DNA of 64,000 nucleotides, from positions 8,299,788 through 8,363,787 of the forward strand of contig CM119271.1 in the NCBI GenBank assembly GCA_051294375.1, given 5' to 3'. This DNA comes from Paraspadella gotoi (Eukaryota > Animalia > Chaetognatha). Below are positions 50,430 through 64,000 of this stretch, one piece after another. A program made the translations under genes and the position numbers. Numbering within the stretch: the first letter of the stretch is position 1; each line of letters begins with the position of its first letter. The notes beneath the pieces were generated by a model, which had not been told where the DNA came from, searched no databases, and was given only the letters and a program-made list of their open reading frames with translations.

Positions 50430-50546
50430 CCTCTCTCAACGACGTGGATGACCGGCCCCGCAGGGACCTTCGTGACATCTTCTGCACCTCCAGCGAACAG
50501 CCCGACCTCTTTCGCGAACCTCGGTATTCTCGAGCCAAAACATCCC
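50430..50546 (-). CDS. Candidate exon of an unidentified gene (duplicate ~57800-57922)
   Basis: Minus-strand gttttcag| acceptor and G|gtagcg donor; one open frame GCFGSRIPRFAKEVGLFAGG...VPAGPVIHVVER. Confidence 0.3.
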
Positions 50547-50837
50547 TGAAAACATCATTCGCCAACAAAATAAGCAGATGTAAATTGAATTTGGTGAAAT
50601 AAACGCGGGATTTTTAAAATCCAAATCGCTTGAGAAGCTGTGATTTGTATTTTCGAGTTTGTTAGGTTTTATTTGTGATTCTTGTGAGTTCTATCGTCGT
50701 TGAACGCGAGACAGAAATTAAAAATTTGAAAAAGGCAACGCATTCTTTCTTTCAAAAACATTCGCCGATAAACGTCTTTCTTTATTAGAGCCCATCTCTA
50801 TTTTTTTTTTACAGTGCTCATTTCATTTCATCTCTCT

Positions 50838-50872
<35 letters not shown>

Positions 50873-51056
50873 GCTTCCTCTCTCTCTCTCCCCCTTTCTT
50901 CTCTCTCTCCCCCCACAGTCCCGACCGAGCCCCCTTTTTTATCACATTGACTTTGTCCTCCACTTTAAACGCAGACATAAAGATCCAAGATGGCGGCGGC
51001 CATGTCAAGTAGCGCCCTCGTTTTGGCAGTCGCTCCTATTTTCATTTTTTTCTCAC

Positions 51057-51560
51057 CGAATGTATCCTCCTGAACCCGGGACGACGTCGCGCTTTTTCCC
51101 TCGGGGCTTTAACGCCAGATTTGACCGAATTTATGCGATCTGATGAAAGCGTGTTTTGCTTAGGTATTTGCTCATTCTTCATTGGCATAGGACGGGACCG
51201 TCTTTCTCCGCTACATATATCTTTCAATGTCCGTTTAGCCAACAAGTTCGGCAAGATTAGACGCGATAGGCGAAAGAAGCGACGGAGATGGGAAACTGCA
51301 GAAAAAATTCCGTTTGGCTTTGAGTTCGGACGTTGCTGACGAACCTCCACTCGTGACCCGGTGACTTAGTTAGAAAAGCCACGTGCTCTTGACCAATCGG
51401 TGCCGGGATCGATCCCCAATGGATCCAGGCAGAGGACCGGTTCCATCACTGCCTAGGGAACAAGAGAAGCTACGGATGCTCGTCTTTAGCCCACTGAGAT
51501 GCTTATCCAGTATATCCACAGTTGTATCGCTTGCGGATGTCGTTGTCCTCGGCGATAGCT
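51057..51560 (-). CDS. Candidate larger exon, frame broken by indel noise (duplicate ~58432-58935)
   Basis: GC-elevated non-repetitive block ending at a G|gtgaga donor in both copies; no family recognised. Confidence 0.3.
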
Positions 51561-51764
51561 TAAACGTGTCAATTATTGTGAGACTGTAGTGGTGGAGTCG
51601 ATGCTACTAATTAAACAATATTTATTTTTATTTTTTTTTATTTGTTGAGCCGTTACGTTTCTAAATTGATTTTTTTTTTTTGCAATACATATTTTGGTTG
51701 ATGATGAAAGTTGCGTAGATAAATGAAACTTTTTTAAAATATTGAAAATATTTGATTAAAATGT

Positions 51765-51957
51765 ATTAGAGAATTGACAAAGTTTTTGTTTGCAACGAAT
51801 TTTATTTATAGTTGAACAGACATGTTTCGACTTGTTGAAGACTTGTAAAACAAGTCGAAACATGTCTGTTCAACTATAAATAAAATTCGTTGCAAACAAA
51901 AACTTTGTCAATTCTCTAATTAATAGTAACAACGAAAAAGAAAGGATTACTTCAATA
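51765..51957 (+). mobile_element. Short palindromic PLE insertion: 72-bp inverted arms, 5'-truncated hammerhead, 37-nt tail, 13-bp TSD; absent from the duplicate segment
   Basis: Arms are 51765-51836 and 51849-51920. The core reads TGA-A-GACTTGT-aaa-ACAAGTC-GAAA-CATG-TC. TGATTAAAATGTA occurs at 51753-51765 and 51958-51970. A single TGATTAAAATG lies at 59135-59145. Confidence 0.85.
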
Positions 51958-52220
51958 TGATTAAAATGTAAAAAAGGCGTGTCTTCTTCCCCTCAGGTTT
52001 CATATTTAATAAATAATGATTATCTTTTTTTTTTAAACCCTATTCGCGTAGAGCGTTAACGGCCCCCTGCAAAGCATTATCTAACCTCTAACGACAGACA
52101 GACGAACCGACTGCCCATCCGCAGGTACACATTGTTTTGAGTTTCTTCGCAAAAACCGAAACAATTTTTTTTTTATTTTGGCGAAAAGGAAGGCTCATCT
52201 CTCAGACGATCGATACATCA

Positions 52221-52311
<91 letters not shown>

Positions 52312-53304
52312 AGAGAGAGAATGCTTTTGCGCACGTGTAAAAAAAAATGGGGCGGGGGAGCGATTATGAATATCCGTTACGAAGTTGTTTTTTTTTTTTT
52401 TTTTTGAAAAATAAAAAAACTAAAAATATTTTTTTCAGGTTTCGATTTTTACTTTTTCCGCCGTCGTTGTTCATTTTGTTGTTGTTGTTGTTGTTTTCAT
52501 TGATGCTGGCGCTGCGTTTGAAATCGATTTAGCTCTGATTTGAGAAGCGGAACCCGAGACGAATTCCATCTCGAATTCTCATTGGACGAGGAAATTCTTT
52601 CTTTGATTTCTTTTTTTTTCTCGTCTAGTATCGCCGTGTTTTATCTTATAAAAGGGATGAAGGATTTAAAATCGTAGCTTGTTTACAGGAATAAATGGAT
52701 AGTATTGGCTTTGTCCATCTCAATTTCGCTGAAATTCGTGGAAACGACATCAACAAAGAGCGATTCATTTTCTTTAAATTCGACAAAGAAACGTATCGGA
52801 TGTCTTGACTGTCGACTTTGAACTCGCGCGCCATCTTTCCTCCTCCAAAATCCCATTTCTTCTTCGAAACTGAAAAAAACAAAAAAACAAAAGAGAAAAA
52901 AGAAGAAAACGGATAAAAGTCGAAAATCCCATTTGCAACTTTTTTTTTCTCTCTCTCTATTTTCTCAGAAATGTTCTGGAAATCCCGTCGCGGGCGAAAA
53001 CGGATGTTTATGGGTTCGGGAAAAAAAAAATAATGAAACAGAATCGAAAGTCGGTTTTAGTCGCTCCTTTTAACGTCGGTTAGAGGCGAGTGGGTTGACG
53101 CCCCCTCGCCGACGAAACAATCACAGGGATCATCGATCAAAACTGTTTTTCGAGAAGCAAAAGAAAAACAGTTTTTATTCGGTTTCCACCTTCGCCGTTC
53201 GATTCGTACATATTCTTGACATTCCTTGAGTCTTTTTTAGTTCGGGGCGTAATATCGCATAAATCATTTAAGCTTCGATCTTTTTTTGAGAAGCGATTCG
53301 CTTC

Positions 53305-53399
<95 letters not shown>

Positions 53400-54443
53400 A
53401 ACCGAGAGAGCCAGATTTTTATCTTTGCATTAAAATTCTTTGACCTGGGCTACAAATGTAATGTAAAAGCCATATTTTATGGAAGAAAAGCGAAAGCGTA
53501 ATAAATTTCATCTCGCGAAGGCAAAAAAAATTTTTTTTTTCTATTATTAAAAAAATGTAAACAATGGGGCAACAGAAAAAAAAAGGTAAAAGAATTCAGT
53601 CTAAACAAAAAAAATGATGTTTTCAGCGACGCGCGAAAGAAGCAATATTTGTGAAGGGGAAAATAAAACCATTGGTTCTTCTTTGTTAAAAATATAATTT
53701 AATGTATTAATCGAAATTAATAATTGATTTTAAATATTCTAAGGTTAAATAAATAGTAAAACAAGTAATCCTGAAATTTTTTTTTTACTTAAAACGAAAA
53801 TTAATGAATAGAGGATAATCTTTATTTCAGTCCTATTAATATCATAAACATTCAACAATCCAAATAATTCGTTAATCTTAAAAATAGTCTTTTCGAATCT
53901 TAAACCCAACCATCGACATCGGACAAAGATTTAAAATTTATTCATGGGTTAAGTGTGTTGTTTGTCTTCGAGAGAAAAAGTGGATCAATGCGTGAGACTT
54001 TTCGAGCCTTCTTCATCCCCCTTTTCCGACCACCTTTTTCCCCCCCTTCCTACTCCCCCCCCACCTTAAACAATTCTCGACCACCCTGGTTGCCACAGCG
54101 AAGAAAATGTGGGTTTTTTTTCAAATTCCTCTCTTTCGATAAAGTCCAGTTTTTTTTTTCTTTCACTTTTCTTCGGCGAAAATAAACAAAAATAAAAGTA
54201 AACAAAGAAAACCCGACTTTTATTTTTTTGCAAATTAAAAACAAACAAAAGAGCAGACGAGTTAGAAACTTACCCAGCAGTAGAGGTGAGGCATAACTTG
54301 AACAATTGAACGATTGGTATAACAACAACGACAAAGAAGAGACGAAGTCGGTTTGTTGGTGCCAAATCTTGAAGAGAATCCGCGAATGACTCAGTCTATG
54401 GATTAAAATTTAAATTAAAATTTATGCATTTTCGGAGATCCAA

Positions 54444-54477
<34 letters not shown>

Positions 54478-55553
54478 CGATAGTATAAATGCTTATATGT
54501 ATACTATATATATAATATGAAATTGGTACAACCAATATAAATATATAAATATATCTTACAGATCAATGAACGATCGACGCTACGTTGCCTTTTTGTTTCT
54601 TTACCCCAATNNNNNNNNNNNNNNNNNNNNNNNNNNNNNNNNNNNNNNNNNNNNNNNNNNNNNNNNNNNNNNNNNNNNNNNNNNNNNNNNNNNNNNNNNN
54701 NNNNNNNNNNAAGCGAAAGATCATGACCGAAGACGCTGTTGTTGTTTCGAAGTTGTCGTTTGGCCTTTTGTTTACGCTTCGTTTTTATTTATTTTCTCAG
54801 ATGAGATCCCGATTTTANNNNNNNNNNNNNNNNNNNNNNNNNNNNNNNNNNNNNNNNNNNNNNNNNNNNNNNNNNNNNNNNNNNNNNNNNNNNNNNNNNN
54901 NNNNNNNNNNNNNNNNNNNNNNNNNNNNNNNNNNNNNNNNNNNNNNNNNNNNNNNNNNNNNNNNNNNNNNNNNNNNNNNNNNNNNNNNNNNNNNNNNNNN
55001 NNNNNNNNNNNNNNNNNNNNNNNNNNNNNNNNNNNNNNNNNNNNNNNNNNNNNNNNNNNNNNNNNNNNNNNNNNNNNNNNNNNNNNNNNNNNNNNNNNNN
55101 NNNNNNNNNNNNNNNNNNNNNNNNNNNNNNNNNNNNNNNNNNNNNNNNNNNNNGTCACTTTTTGGTCGGTCGGTCGGTATGTCTGTTCGTCGGCCTGTTT
55201 TACTTAGGTTAAAAATGCACATAATTCGCTTTTAGTTTGTTGCTCATTTGTTAAGACAGAAAAAAAACCTAAAATCTCAGGGACTACAAGCGCCGCCTTC
55301 AGGAAATTCTAAAACTATAAAGAATAAAAGACGGAATTCTGTGCATGTGGTAAATACACAGGCTAAAAAAGTTATTGTCGTCATGTAGTCATGTCATGTC
55401 ATATTACGTTATGTCCTGTCATGTCACGTGAAAATAAAGTCACTGCGGCGCAATACATTGGATGAACCGATCTTGTTATTTTCGCCAAAAGCTGCGTTTT
55501 CGGGAACCGAAAGCAGTTGCAGATATTTCGCAGTAGATGAAAAGTTTAAATCC

Positions 55554-55630
<77 letters not shown>

Positions 55631-56871
55631 CGGCGTCGGCGCTTCGGAGCAATGCGGACGATGCCGTCGACAACGTATTCCGCAAGAGTGGTTGCCAAAC
55701 CTTATTCGTCAGTTTTAGATCATTCCCGCGCGCTGATCAAATAATTTGTATAATTTGATCGCTTCGTGTGACATCGATAATTAACGAACCTAAAAATCCA
55801 TTCGTAGAAAGAAAGTAGAGGGATTTTTTTTTTTTTTTTTTTTCCACCAAAATGCGTTTCACTTTCAAGTTGTGTCTCGTGGCGATTTTGATGGCGTCCA
55901 TGATTCCGGGATCGAATATGTGGTTCACTAATTTACAGGTTGAAAACTACATTTTTCTCTCAAATAGATAATGGTAGTGTGACTGTTAGAGAATATGAAA
56001 GCGTAAATATTTTTAAGATTTATCTTATAGATAAGCGCACGGAAGCAATTAAAAATTATTTAATTTCTATATAAAGTTAAATTTTTTTTAATTTTTTTTA
56101 TTTTGTAATAGATTCTGATAAAGCTTTAAAAGTTAGATAAAAACTTTTTGTTTTAAATTAATTGTTTTAATTGTTTTAATTTAATGATGACAATTTTAAA
56201 AAACATTAAAATTCAGCCAATGATAATGATGTTAAAAATTTTTTAAAGTTTTTTCTATTTTTAACAAATTTATAGTCTAAATTTTAAATAAATTTATTAC
56301 TAACTTTTATTTAACATTTTAAGCTTTATAAGAATCCATTCTTAAAACATAAAATTTTTTTAAAAATTTTTCTCATTTGTTATATATTAACATAATATAT
56401 ATATGTATATATATATAATATATAATATAAATGTTTAAAAGCTTCAGTGTAACAACCCAATGAACAAATTCAAAAAGTTGCATTGAAAATCGATTTAGTA
56501 GTAGAAGGAAATTCTTTTTTTTAGAGAACTAGATGTTAAAAAAAGAGTTCAATTTTGGCCCGCGCCCTTATTAATAGTATGTATTATGGGAAAATTGTGG
56601 ATGAAAATTCACGTAGTTATCCACTCTCTCTCTATACTTTTTGTTTTGTTTTTGGTTTTTTTACTTTTACGTTTTCTGGCCGTTCACGTAACTTTTCATT
56701 GTGTCTTGACGGGTTGGGGTCAAAAAGTTCGAAATGTTTTAAAGGAACATTACCAAATACGTACAATTTTAAATTTTGTTTTTACGTCCAACGTATGTCT
56801 TTAATGAAGACCCTATAAGCCGCTTAATCGCGAGCTCAGGTCCGTTGTTGTATCATTTATCATTTATCTCT

Positions 56872-56939
<68 letters not shown>

Positions 56940-58218
56940 AGTCCTTACATGTGCGGGCAATTCCGCGCCAAGTGCCAGCACCGTTGATCTGAACTTACGT
57001 TGAATGCTGCACCCGGACTTACGATTGCCGCGAATTCCAGGATTCGGGGAAAGCAAATTTGTCTTCCGCTTGTGAGTGATCTTAAAAACAACATCCGTTC
57101 ATCCCCCCCCCCTCGCGAGCCCTCGAAAACTTTTCGCTATTTTTATTTAGAATTAAATTAGTTTTTAGTTTTAAAGATTAGATTAGAAGGGATTAGGTTA
57201 GAAAGGGATAGGTTAGAAATTAGATTGGATTATGGTTGGATGTTAGTATTTGCTTCTTAGTGGTAAGGCGTTAAGGGTTAGGTGATAAAGGTGAGGAATT
57301 ACAGTTTTATTCGTTTATGCGTAGGACTGAATTTTCCTTTAGAAAAGCAGAGTGGTTTTTTTGTATATTCATATTGTTATACTGGCCGATGTAGAATGAC
57401 CGAAATATTCTTTATTTTAAGTTTCATGCTACATGTACATAAATCGAATCATGAATATAGAAATATCAACAACAACAAAAAACTTTGAAAAATTCGGATA
57501 CAAGAAATAAACTTATCACGCGATTAATTCGACATTTATATATCTTTGAGATTTAGAAAACCTTGCTCCATATTAAAGCCAGTTCATCTCCGATGGCCGA
57601 CGCCTCGAACGCGCGACCCTCGCAGGCATAGAAAATGATAAACATAGGGATTAGGGTTATGGATTTGGAAATGAAATTGAAATTATATAACATATGTATA
57701 TAATTATATGATAAAATTTATGAGTTTAAGGAACAGAAATGTGGCAATTTTGAAAAGAGATCCAAAACATGTTTCTCATTGACGATAGAGCGCCGCTACC
57801 TACTCTCAGCGACCGTGGATGACCGGCCCCGCAAGGGACCTTCGCTGACATCTTCGGCACACTCCAGCGAACAGCACGACCTCTTTCGCGAACCTCGCGT
57901 ATTTCTCCGAGCCAAAACATCCTGAAAACATCATTTCGCCAACAAAATAAACAGATGTAAATTGAAATTTGGTGAAATAAACGCGCGGGATTTTTAAATC
58001 CAAATCGCTTGAGAAAGCTGTGATTTGTTTATTTTTGAGTTTTGTTAGGTTTTATTTGTGATTCTTGTAAGTTCTATCGTCGTTGAACGCGACAGAAATT
58101 AAAAATTTGAAAAGGCCAACGCTCATTCTTTCTTTCAAAAACCATTTCGCCGTAAACGTTCTTTTCTTTATTAGTAGCCATCTCATTTTATTTTCTACAT
58201 CGTGCTCTTCTCCTCTCT

Positions 58219-58284
<66 letters not shown>

Positions 58285-60688
58285 CCCCCACAGTCCCGAC
58301 CGAGCCCCCTTTTTATATCACTTGACTTTGTCCTCCACTTTTAAACGCCAGACATAAAGATCCAGATGGCGGCGGCCATGTCAAGTACCGCCCTCGTTTT
58401 GGCAGTCGCTCTATTTTCATTTTTTTCTCACCGATGTATCCTCCTGAACCCCGGACGACGTTCGCGCTTTCTCCTCGGGTTTTAACGCCAGATTTACCGA
58501 ATTTATGCGATCCATGAAAGCGTTGTTTGTCAATGTCTCTATTCTTCATTGGCATAGACGGGACCGTCTTCCTCCGCTACATATATCTTCAATGTCCTCG
58601 CCACACAATTTTCCTGCTGCAAGATTAGACGTGATTACTCGATTGGAGCGCGAAAAGGAGGCAACGGAGATACGAACTGCCAGAAAAAATTCCGTTTGCT
58701 TTGAATCGTATTTCACAACCTCCTCTGGTGACCCGGTGCCTTCAGTTAGAAAAAGCCACGTGCTCTTGACCAATCAGGTGCCGGGATCGATCCCGAATGG
58801 ATCCAGCAGAGACCGGTTCCATCACTGCCTAGGGGACAAGAGAAGCTACGGATGGTTGTCTTTAGCCCACTAGATGCTTATCCAGTATATCCACAGTTGT
58901 ATGGCTTGCGGGATGTCGTTGTCCTCGGCAGTTGCTTAAACGTGTCAATTATTGCGAGATCTGTAGAGGAGTCGATGCTACTAATTAAACAGAATATTTA
59001 TTTTTTTAATATTTTTTTTTATTTGTTGAGCTTTGTTACGTTTCTTAAATTGATCTTTTTTTCAATACATATTTTGGTTGATAATGAAAGTTGCGTAGAT
59101 AAATGAAACTTTTTTAAAATATTTGAAAATATTTTGATTAAAATGCCCTTCTCCTCTCAGGTTTCATATTTAATAAATAATGATTATCTTTTTTTTTTGA
59201 AACCCTATTCGCATAGAGCGTTAACGGCCCCCCTGCAAAGCCGAACGCATTATCTAACCTCTAACAGACAGACGACAGACCAACCGACTGCCATCCGCAG
59301 GTACACATTGTTTTGAGTTTTCTTCGTAAAAACCGAAACATTTTTTTTTATATTTGGCGAAAAGGAAGGCTCATCTCTCAAGACGATTCGATACATCGAA
59401 GAGAGAGAGAGAGAGGAGAGAGAGACGGAGAGATGATTGAGAGATACTGAGAGATAGGAGAGAGAGAGAGAGGAGATGAGAGAGAGACGAGACGAAGGAG
59501 AATCAGGAGACTGGGAGAGAGAATGCTTTGCGCACGTTGTAAAAAAAATGGGCGCTGGGGGAGGCGAATTATGAATATCCGTTAGCGAAGTTGTTGTTTT
59601 TTTTTTTTTTTTGAAAAATAAAAAACTTAAAAATATTTTTTTTCAGGTTTCGCATTTTTTACTTTTTCCTCCGTCGTTGTTTCTATTTTGTTGTTGTTGT
59701 TGTTGTTTCCATTGTGATGCTGGCGCTGTGCGTGATTGAAATCTGTTATTTTTAGTCTCTGATAATATTGAGGAAGCGGTAACCCGTGAAGACTGTGCAT
59801 TCCACTCACTCGTATATTTCTCAGATATGCGTACAAAGAGGAAATTCTTTTCTATTGATTAATCTTTTTTTCTACGTATAATACCTTTTCGTGTTCTAGT
59901 ATAGTCTATTATTAAATCTGGATCATTAAAAGAAGGATTTATAAAATTCGTTACTTGTTTACGGATAAATGGGATATATTGGCTTTGGTCCATTCTCAAT
60001 TTCCGCCTGAAATTCGTGGAAAGCGACCATCAACCCCAAGAGAATTGTCCATTGACTAATCTTCTATACAAATTTTCCGTTCAAAGTCGTACAACGAGTA
60101 CCTGTATCGAGTCTTGACTTCTGACTTTGAACTCGCGCGCCGCCATTTCTTCCTCCTCCAAAATCCACTATTCTTCTTCGAAACTGAAAAAAAAAAAGAA
60201 CAACAAACAACAAAAGATGAGAAATAACGATGAGAGAAATACGGAATAAAGTCTGCAAAAAGTCACCATTTGCAACTTTTTTTTCTCTCTCTCATCATAT
60301 TCTCAATGAAATGTTCTGGAAATCCGTGTCGGTCGCGGAGCGGGACGAAAACGGATGTTTATGGGCGTTCGGGAAGAGAAAAGAAAAAAATCGAATACAA
60401 CATGAATCGATATAGTCGCGTTTAGCTTCGCTCCTTTTAAGTCGTTAGCAGGCGAGGTTGGGTGCAGCCCTCCTCGACGGCGCACGAAACAATCCACAGC
60501 GGATCATCGATTCAAAACTGTTTTTCGAGACAGCAAAAGCAAAACATTTTTATTCGCGTTTCCACCTTCGCCCCGTTCGATTGTACATATTCTAGACATT
60601 CCTTGAGTTTTTTTTTAGTTCGGCGCCGTAAATTATCGCCATAAATCATTTAAGCTTCGACTTTTTTTGAGAAGCGATCGCTCTCTCT

Positions 60689-60757
<69 letters not shown>

Positions 60758-63700
60758 TTTTTCTCTCTCTCTCTCTTCAACCGAGAGCAGCCAGATTTTT
60801 ATCTTTGCATTTTTAAAATTCTTTGAAACCTGGGCCTACAAATGTAATTGCTTAAAGCCATATTTTATGGAAGAAAAAGCGAAAAGCGTAATAATTTCAT
60901 CTCCCGCCCGAAGCAAAAAAAAATTTTTTCTATTATTAAAAAAATGTAACAAATGGGCGCACAGAAAAAAAAAAGGTAAAGAATTCAGCTAAACAAAAAA
61001 ATGATGCTTTTCAGCGACGCGCGAAGAAGCAATATTTGTTAAGGGAATAAAACCATTAGGTTCTTCTTTGTTTAAAAATATAATTTAATGTATTTTAATC
61101 GAATTAATTAATTGATTTTAATATTCAAGTTAAATAAATATTTTTTTTCAAATTTAATCTTAGTCTAGTCTTTTCTAGTCTTTCAAATATAATCAATAGT
61201 CTCAGAAAACAAGTAATCCTGAAATTTTTTTTTTTTTTACTTAAAACGAAAATTACTATGAACTAGAGGATAATCTTTATTTCAGTCCTAATTATATCAT
61301 AAACATTTCAACAATCCAAATTAATTCGTAAATCTTAAAATAGTCTTTCGAATCTTAAACCCAACATCGACATCGGACAAAGCATTTAAAATTATTCATG
61401 GGTTTAAGATGTTTTGTTTGTCTTCGAGAGAAAAAAGTGATCCAATGCGTGAGCTTTTCGAGCCTTCTTCCTCCCCCTTTTCCGACCACCTTTCCTCCCC
61501 CCCTTCCTACTCCCCCCCCCACCTTAAACAATTCTCGACCACCCTTGTGCCCACAGCGAAAGAAAATGTTTTTCTGGGTTTTTTTTCAAATTCCTCTCTT
61601 TCGATAAAGTCCAGTTTTTTTTTTTTATTTCACTTTTCTTTCGGCGAAAATAAACAAAAATAAAAGTAAACAAAAGGAAATCGCGACTTTTTATTTTTTT
61701 TGCAAATTAAAAACAAACAAAAGAGCAGACGCGTTAGAAACTTACCCAGCAGTAGATGGTGAGCATAACTTGACAATGACGATGCGGTTATAACAAACGA
61801 CGACAAAGAAGAGACGAAGTCAGTTTTGTTCGGCTGCCAAATCTTGAGAAATCGCGAATGGAATAATCCATTACTGGCGATCTGACGCCTACGTGATGCC
61901 TTTTTGTTTCTTACCCTATATGTTCGTATCGCCAATATCNNNNNNNNNNNNNNNNNNNNNNNNNTTCATTTTCTTTAAATTCGACAAAGAAACGTATCGG
62001 ATGTCTTGACTGTCGACTTTGAACTCGCGCGCCATCTTTCCTCCTCCAAAATCCCATTTCTTCTTCGAAACTGAAAAAACAAAAAAACAAAAGAGAAAAA
62101 AGAAGAAAACGGATAAAAGTCGAAAATCCCATTTGCAACTTTTTTTTCTCTCTCTCTATTTTCTCAGAAATGTTCTGGAAATCCCGTCGCGGGCGAAAAC
62201 GGATGTTTATGGGTTCGGGAAAAAAAAATAATAAAACAGAATCGAAAGTCGGTTTTAGTCGCTCCTTTTAACGTCGGTTAGAGGCGAGGTGGGTTGACGC
62301 CCCCTCGCCGACGAAACAATCACAGGGATCATCGATCAAAACTGTTTTTCGAGAAGCAAAAGAAAAACAGTTTTTATTCGGTTTCCACCTTCGCCGTTCG
62401 ATTCGTACATATTCTTGACATTCCTTGAGNNNNNNNNNNNNNNNNNNNNNNNNNNNNNNNNNNNNNNNNNNNNNNNNNNNNNNNNNNNNNNNNNNNNNNN
62501 NNNNNNNNNNNNNNNNNNNNNNNNNNNNNNNNNNNNNNNNNNNNNNNNNNNNNNNNNNNNNNNNNNNNNNNNNNNNNNNNNNNNNNNNNNNNNNNNNNNN
62601 NNNNNNNNNNNNNNNNNNNNNNNNNNNNNNNNNNNNNNNNNNCTCTCTCTCTCTCTTCAACCGAGAGAGCCAGATTTTTATCTTTGCATTAAAATTCTTT
62701 GAACCTGGGCTACAAATGTAATTGTAAAAGCCATATTTTATGGAAGAAAAGCGAAAGCGTAATAATTTCATCTCCGCGAAGGCAAAAAAAATTTTTTTTC
62801 TATTATTAAAAAAATGTAACAAATGGGCAACAGAAAAAAAAAGGTAAAGAATTCAGTCTAAACAAAAAAATGATGTTTTCAGCGACGCGCGAAGAAGCAA
62901 TATNNNNNNNNNNNNNNNNNNNNNNNNNNNNNNNNNNNNNNNNNNNNNNNNNNNNNNNNNNNNNNNNNNNNNNNNNNNNNNNNNNNNNNNNNNNNNNNNN
63001 NNNNNNNNNNNNNNNNNNNNNNNNNNNNNNNNNNNNNNNNNNNNNNNNNNNNNNNNNNNNNNNNNNNNNNNNNNNNNNNNNNNNNNNNNNNNNNNNNNNN
63101 NNNNNNNNNNNNNNNNNNNNNNNNNNNNNNNNNNNNNNNNNNNNNNNNNNNNNNNNNNNNNNNNNNNNNNNNNNNNNNNNNNNNNNNNNNNNNNNNNNNN
63201 NNNNNNNNNNNNNNNNNNNNNNNNNNNNNNNNNNNGAAATTAATAATTGATTTTAATATTCAAGTTAAATAAATAGTAAAACAAGTAATCCTGAAATTTT
63301 TTTTTTACTTAAAACGAAAATTAATGAATAGAGGATAAATTCTTTTTTTTTATTTCAAAGTCCCATTAATAATCCATCCACAACATTCAACACATCCAAA
63401 TAATTCGTTAAATCTTAAAAATAGTCTTTCGAATTAAACCCAACCATCGGACATCGGACAAAAGATTTAAAATTATTCATGGCGTTATGTGTTTGTTTGT
63501 CTCGAGAGAAAAGTGATCAATGCGTGAGATTTTCGAGTCCTTCTTCATCCCCCTTTTCCGCCACACCTTTTCTCTCCCCCCTTCCTACTCCCCACCTTAA
63601 CATATTCTCGACCACCCTGGTTGCCACAGCGAAGAAAATGTGGTTTTTTCAAATTCCTCTCTTTTCGATAAAGGTCCAGTTTTTTTTTTCTTTCACTTTT

Positions 63701-64000
63701 CTTCGGCGAAAATAAACAAAAATAAAAGTAAACCAAAGAAACCCCGACTTTTATTTTTTTGCAAATTAAAACAAACAAAAAGAGCAGACGCGTTAGAAAC
63801 TTACCAGCAGTAGAGGTGAGGCATAACTTGACAATGACGATTGGTATAACAACACGACAAAGAAGAGACGAAGTCGGTTTGTTGGTGCCAAATCTTGAAG
63901 AAAATCCGCGAATGACTCAGTCTATGGATTAAATTTAAATTAAAATTTATGCATTTTCGGAGATCCAACATTCATCTCTCTCTCTCTCTCTCTCTCTCTC

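Larger units (their letters stand above)
46270..64000 (+). repeat. Tandem segmental re-copies: ~46270-54470 repeated at ~54711-61860, and ~52766-54470 again at 61965-64000
   Basis: Colinear matches separated by N gaps. The copies differ by noise-like indels and by a few discrete insertions. Confidence 0.9.

Overview
AT-rich, intron-rich animal (invertebrate-like) nuclear DNA with many (GA)n microsatellites, N gaps and clear signs of a noisy long-read assembly. Genes: (1) an intronless gene at 9575-11402 (+) encoding a protein with a long Met/Ser/Asn/Pro heptad repeat and an acidic C-terminus; (2) two phase-compatible 3' exons of a minus-strand membrane-anchored protein (14719-13817); (3) an 8-exon SLC30/ZnT1-like cation diffusion facilitator (16783-37691, +) whose transmembrane metal-site residues and His-rich loop look degenerate; (4) a signal-peptide/acidic/dibasic prepro-protein exon (46293-45990, -) plus noisy candidate exons. 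Intron 2 of the ZnT gene holds a ~10.6 kb inverted duplication with a degraded 28S rRNA fragment at its centre, probably a chimeric read. From ~46.3 kb the window is two to three copies of one ~8 kb segment. The most notable mobile DNA is a family of four short Penelope-like insertions carrying minimal type I hammerhead ribozymes. Three of them are inverted-duplicated, have 22-37 nt unpaired tails and 13-15 bp target duplications starting (A)TGA, and one has a matching empty site in the window. TA-flanked MITEs, a tRNA-derived SINE and Helentron/HINE-like elements are also present.
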